Assembly (NCBI GenBank): GCA_964035545.1
Contig: OZ037767.1
Span: 5,968,707 to 6,032,706, forward strand
Reading direction: 5' to 3'
Length of the DNA stretch: 64,000 nucleotides
Source of the DNA: Bugula neritina
Taxonomy: Eukaryota > Animalia > Bryozoa
Below are positions 62,201 to 64,000 of the stretch, piece after piece. The notes beneath the pieces were generated by a model. That model was not told where the DNA came from and made no database searches. It worked only from the letters and a program-made list of their open reading frames with translations. Both the position numbers and the translations under genes were made by a program. Position 1 is the stretch's first letter. Each line of letters opens with the position of its first letter.

Positions 62201-63630
62201 ATTTAACAATTTTCGTACCTGTATTTACTTTTATATTCAACAACTTACTTAATGTTTTAACATAGTTTATATAGAATTAAGCATCTCCAATGTATCAGCA
62301 TTGGGTTTGTATATTAATACACATGTTATCTGTACTAGAAACTTGACCTTGTGAGCAAAGCACTTGTCCCGCGTGTCATATGTACTAATGCAGCCGACAC
62401 TGTCTGCAGGTGCCCCAACTCTACAGGGAGTGACGAATCCCGCACTCCAACACTCTGTCTGGTCTGCGGTGAGATGCTCTGCTCTCAGAGCTACTGCTGT
62501 CAGGTGGAGGTGAACGGCAGCAACTCACGAGGTCGCCAAGAGGCCATTGGCGCTGCTTCCTCTCATACAAAAGTGTGCGGAGCCGGTACTGGCATATACC
62601 TCAGGTGGGTACTGGCATATACCTCAGGTGGGTACTGGCATATACCTCAGGTGGGTACTGGCATATACCTCAGGTGGGCACTGGCATATACTTCAGGTGG
62701 GTTAAAGTATGCCTGAGGGGTGCTAGAACTATTTTTACAGTATTGGATTTCATTGAAATCTGCTTCGCATTCTAATTCCATGTTTAATTTTTTATTTTTT
62801 ATTCAGACAATTCTAATAAATTTATTTTTATTCATCTCGTCATTTCTGTAATAGAAATTATATTCAGAATCATACCTTGTTGAAACAATAAACATTTTCT
62901 ATGTGGCAATATAAGTTGGCGAAAATATATGTGTTGTTGTAAGATTTTGTACTGTGACCTTTCACTCTTAGCTGTATAACACACACACTGCAAGTTTTAG
63001 GCTCTTACTGTGGAAGTGTTTCACCGTTGGATAATGTATTTTTTCTCCAAGTCCCAAAATTATGATGCTGTAACTAAAATTAGCTGACATTGTATAAATT
63101 AACTACCGCATTCTCCCAGTGCTATGGCACAGGGATATACTGCATACCTTAATATACGTCAAGGGCAGCTTAAACACACCCAGCGACAATACTGAGCAAA
63201 TATTTGCTTATCTTCTTGTGTAATCAGGTGTCAATAGCAGCAAGGAATGGAATACGTAGTTATTTTTATAATACAATGTATGCATTTCTATATGCAAATG
63301 TTCACATTTATTTTATGCATCATAGTAATTTCATTGGAAATTTTTCATTACATAACTCTTCTTTCTACTTACAATTATATTGTTTCTTATATTGTTCTCC
63401 CAATCCACTTCCTACTATGCCAGTACTAGTCTCAGCTATACTATATTTGCAATGCATTATGTCCTACTAGCCTAGTGAACCTGTTTCTGCACTTTTCTCG
63501 TGGTTATTAGTATTTCCTGTTTCTGTAGAGTTCGGCAGTGTCAAGTAGTTCTTTTGGCTGGCAAAAGTAAGGGGTGCTTCATACCCGCCCCGTATGTGGA
63601 TGACTATGGTGAAACAGATATTACGCTACG
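41296..63630 (+). CDS. UBR1: E3 ubiquitin-protein ligase UBR1/UBR2 (N-recognin); 34 exons in window, about 1775 codons, 3' end outside window
   Basis: Exons 41296-41385, 41607-41698, 41937-42168, 43557-43664, 44775-44972, 45313-45453, 46153-46276, 46933-47040, 47626-47813, 48139-48220, 48428-48515, 48875-48980, 49470-49677, 50036-50187, 51000-51113, 51706-51848, 52172-52385, 52865-53066, 53498-53773, 53955-54187, 54537-54682, 54921-55076, 55444-55593, 56099-56272, 56829-57017, 57278-57356, 58152-58233, 58698-58850, 59273-59443, 59614-59784, 60365-60571, 61081-61333, 62410-62604, 63529-63630; phases all consistent. Domains: UBR box ([17 protein letters not shown]...GGGYCDCGD), ClpS-like ([12 protein letters not shown]), RING (CILCQ...[10 protein letters not shown]...GEFFCPLC), C-terminal ([27 protein letters not shown]). 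Confidence 0.95.
42185..42404. repeat. 21-bp minisatellite, about 10.5 copies (gagctgtgtatagtatatagt)
   Basis: Directly visible; begins 16 nt into UBR intron 3. Confidence 0.95.
45927..46063. repeat. Compound (CA)n/(CGCA)n microsatellite
   Basis: Directly visible. Confidence 0.9.
46529..46652 (+). mobile_element. MITE-like element of about 125 bp, copy 1
   Basis: Imperfect inverted ends actgcgtttcca...aaaacgtagt; similar along its length to the reverse complement of 60818-60947. Confidence 0.65.
47936..48133. repeat. 25-bp minisatellite, about 8 copies (tacagttactgtgtaatagatatga), abutting an acceptor
   Basis: Directly visible; ends 5 nt before UBR exon 10. Confidence 0.9.
48665..48874. 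repeat. 30-bp minisatellite containing the intron 3' end (cagtacttacctttgta core)
   Basis: Seven ACTTACCT cores; the last copy forms the acceptor of UBR exon 12. Confidence 0.9.
50188..50444. repeat. 35/38-bp minisatellite, about 7 copies, starting at the UBR exon 14 donor
   Basis: Unit gtgttttgtgacaatagtaagggtggtgtgacagt. Confidence 0.92.
52575..52652 (-). mobile_element. Degenerate tRNA-derived SINE head
   Basis: Minus strand has an A-box-like tagtggctagag and a B-box-like gggtttgaattt at tRNA-like spacing; no convincing cloverleaf. Confidence 0.3.
52657..52765. repeat. Palindromic (cagtatata)n array with a perfect 48-bp palindrome at 52677-52724
   Basis: cagtatatacagtatatacagtag|ctactgtatatactgtatatactg. 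Confidence 0.85.
53151..53250 (+). mobile_element. Degenerate tRNA-derived SINE
   Basis: B-box-like ggtttgaatccc at 53176, followed by a SINE-like body (gagcaaaagccctcaaacc). Confidence 0.3.
55644..55870. repeat. 37-bp minisatellite, about 6 copies (taatgcagcagtgaatataatactagcagacgtacag)
   Basis: Directly visible in UBR intron 23. Confidence 0.92.
59422..59589. repeat. 39-bp tandem repeat spanning the UBR exon 29 donor, about 4.3 copies
   Basis: Copies start at 59422, 59461, 59500, 59539, 59578. Confidence 0.92.
59771..59841. repeat. 18-bp tandem repeat spanning the UBR exon 30 donor, 4 copies
   Basis: ctttaacaccgcaggtaa-type units. Confidence 0.85.
60818..60947 (-). mobile_element. MITE-like element of about 130 bp, copy 2, inverted relative to 46529-46652
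   Basis: Inverted ends actgtgtttccattgctttgcattatg ... cataatgcgaagcttggaaatgtagt. Confidence 0.65.
62585..62702. repeat. 23-bp tandem repeat spanning the UBR exon 33 donor, 5 copies
   Basis: Unit ggtactggcatatacctcag|gtg; copies at 62585, 62608, 62631, 62654, 62677. Confidence 0.95.
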
Positions 63631-64000
63631 GTTTGTATTGTTAATAGTATTAATTATTTACTGTCCTGAAAGTTATTGCAAAAAACCTTCACTCTCCTTA
63701 GTTTAGGAAGGGGGAAAATTATAATGAATGATAAAAAAAGTTATAGTTAGCAAAAAATAAGACAGCTACCTTTTCTGGCATCACCAGGTAACTCAGCTCA
63801 TTTCTCACCTGTCCAACTTCATCACAATCTTGGTAAAGCTTACCATAAATAACAAAAAGTATTTTATTGTAGATAAAACTAACTATTTCATTTAGCACAT
63901 ACAGGTTCTTTTTAAATTCCCAGCAGGTAAAATTTATTTAAGGAAATCCTCATTACTTGTTACCATATATAGCCCTGTCTGCATCCTACACATAGCTTAC

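Overview
AT-rich, intron-containing eukaryotic DNA, most likely an invertebrate animal. I built gene models by hand from GT/AG sites and intron phase. The window holds: the 3' end of GNPNAT1 (+); a single-coding-exon TMCC gene (-); a 9-exon TTC23-like TPR gene (+) whose last intron contains a CCDC57-like gene on the same strand; two tandem paralogs encoding a small secreted Cys-rich protein (chitin-binding-type-2-like domain plus two atypical EGF domains); a 2-exon bublin (BBLN/C9orf16)-like gene (-); and, head-to-head with it, a UBR1/UBR2 N-recognin E3 ligase (+, 34 exons seen, running off the window). Three observations stand out. (1) The nested CCDC57 is splice-phase compatible with TTC23, so a TTC23-CCDC57 chimeric isoform is possible. 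(2) Several unrelated minisatellites in UBR introns are built from the splice junctions themselves and multiply donor or acceptor sites, often in frame. (3) The secreted gene pair appears uncharacterised. MITE-like, SINE-like and RTE-LINE relics are also present. Gene identities come from recalled similarity to known proteins, not from database searches.
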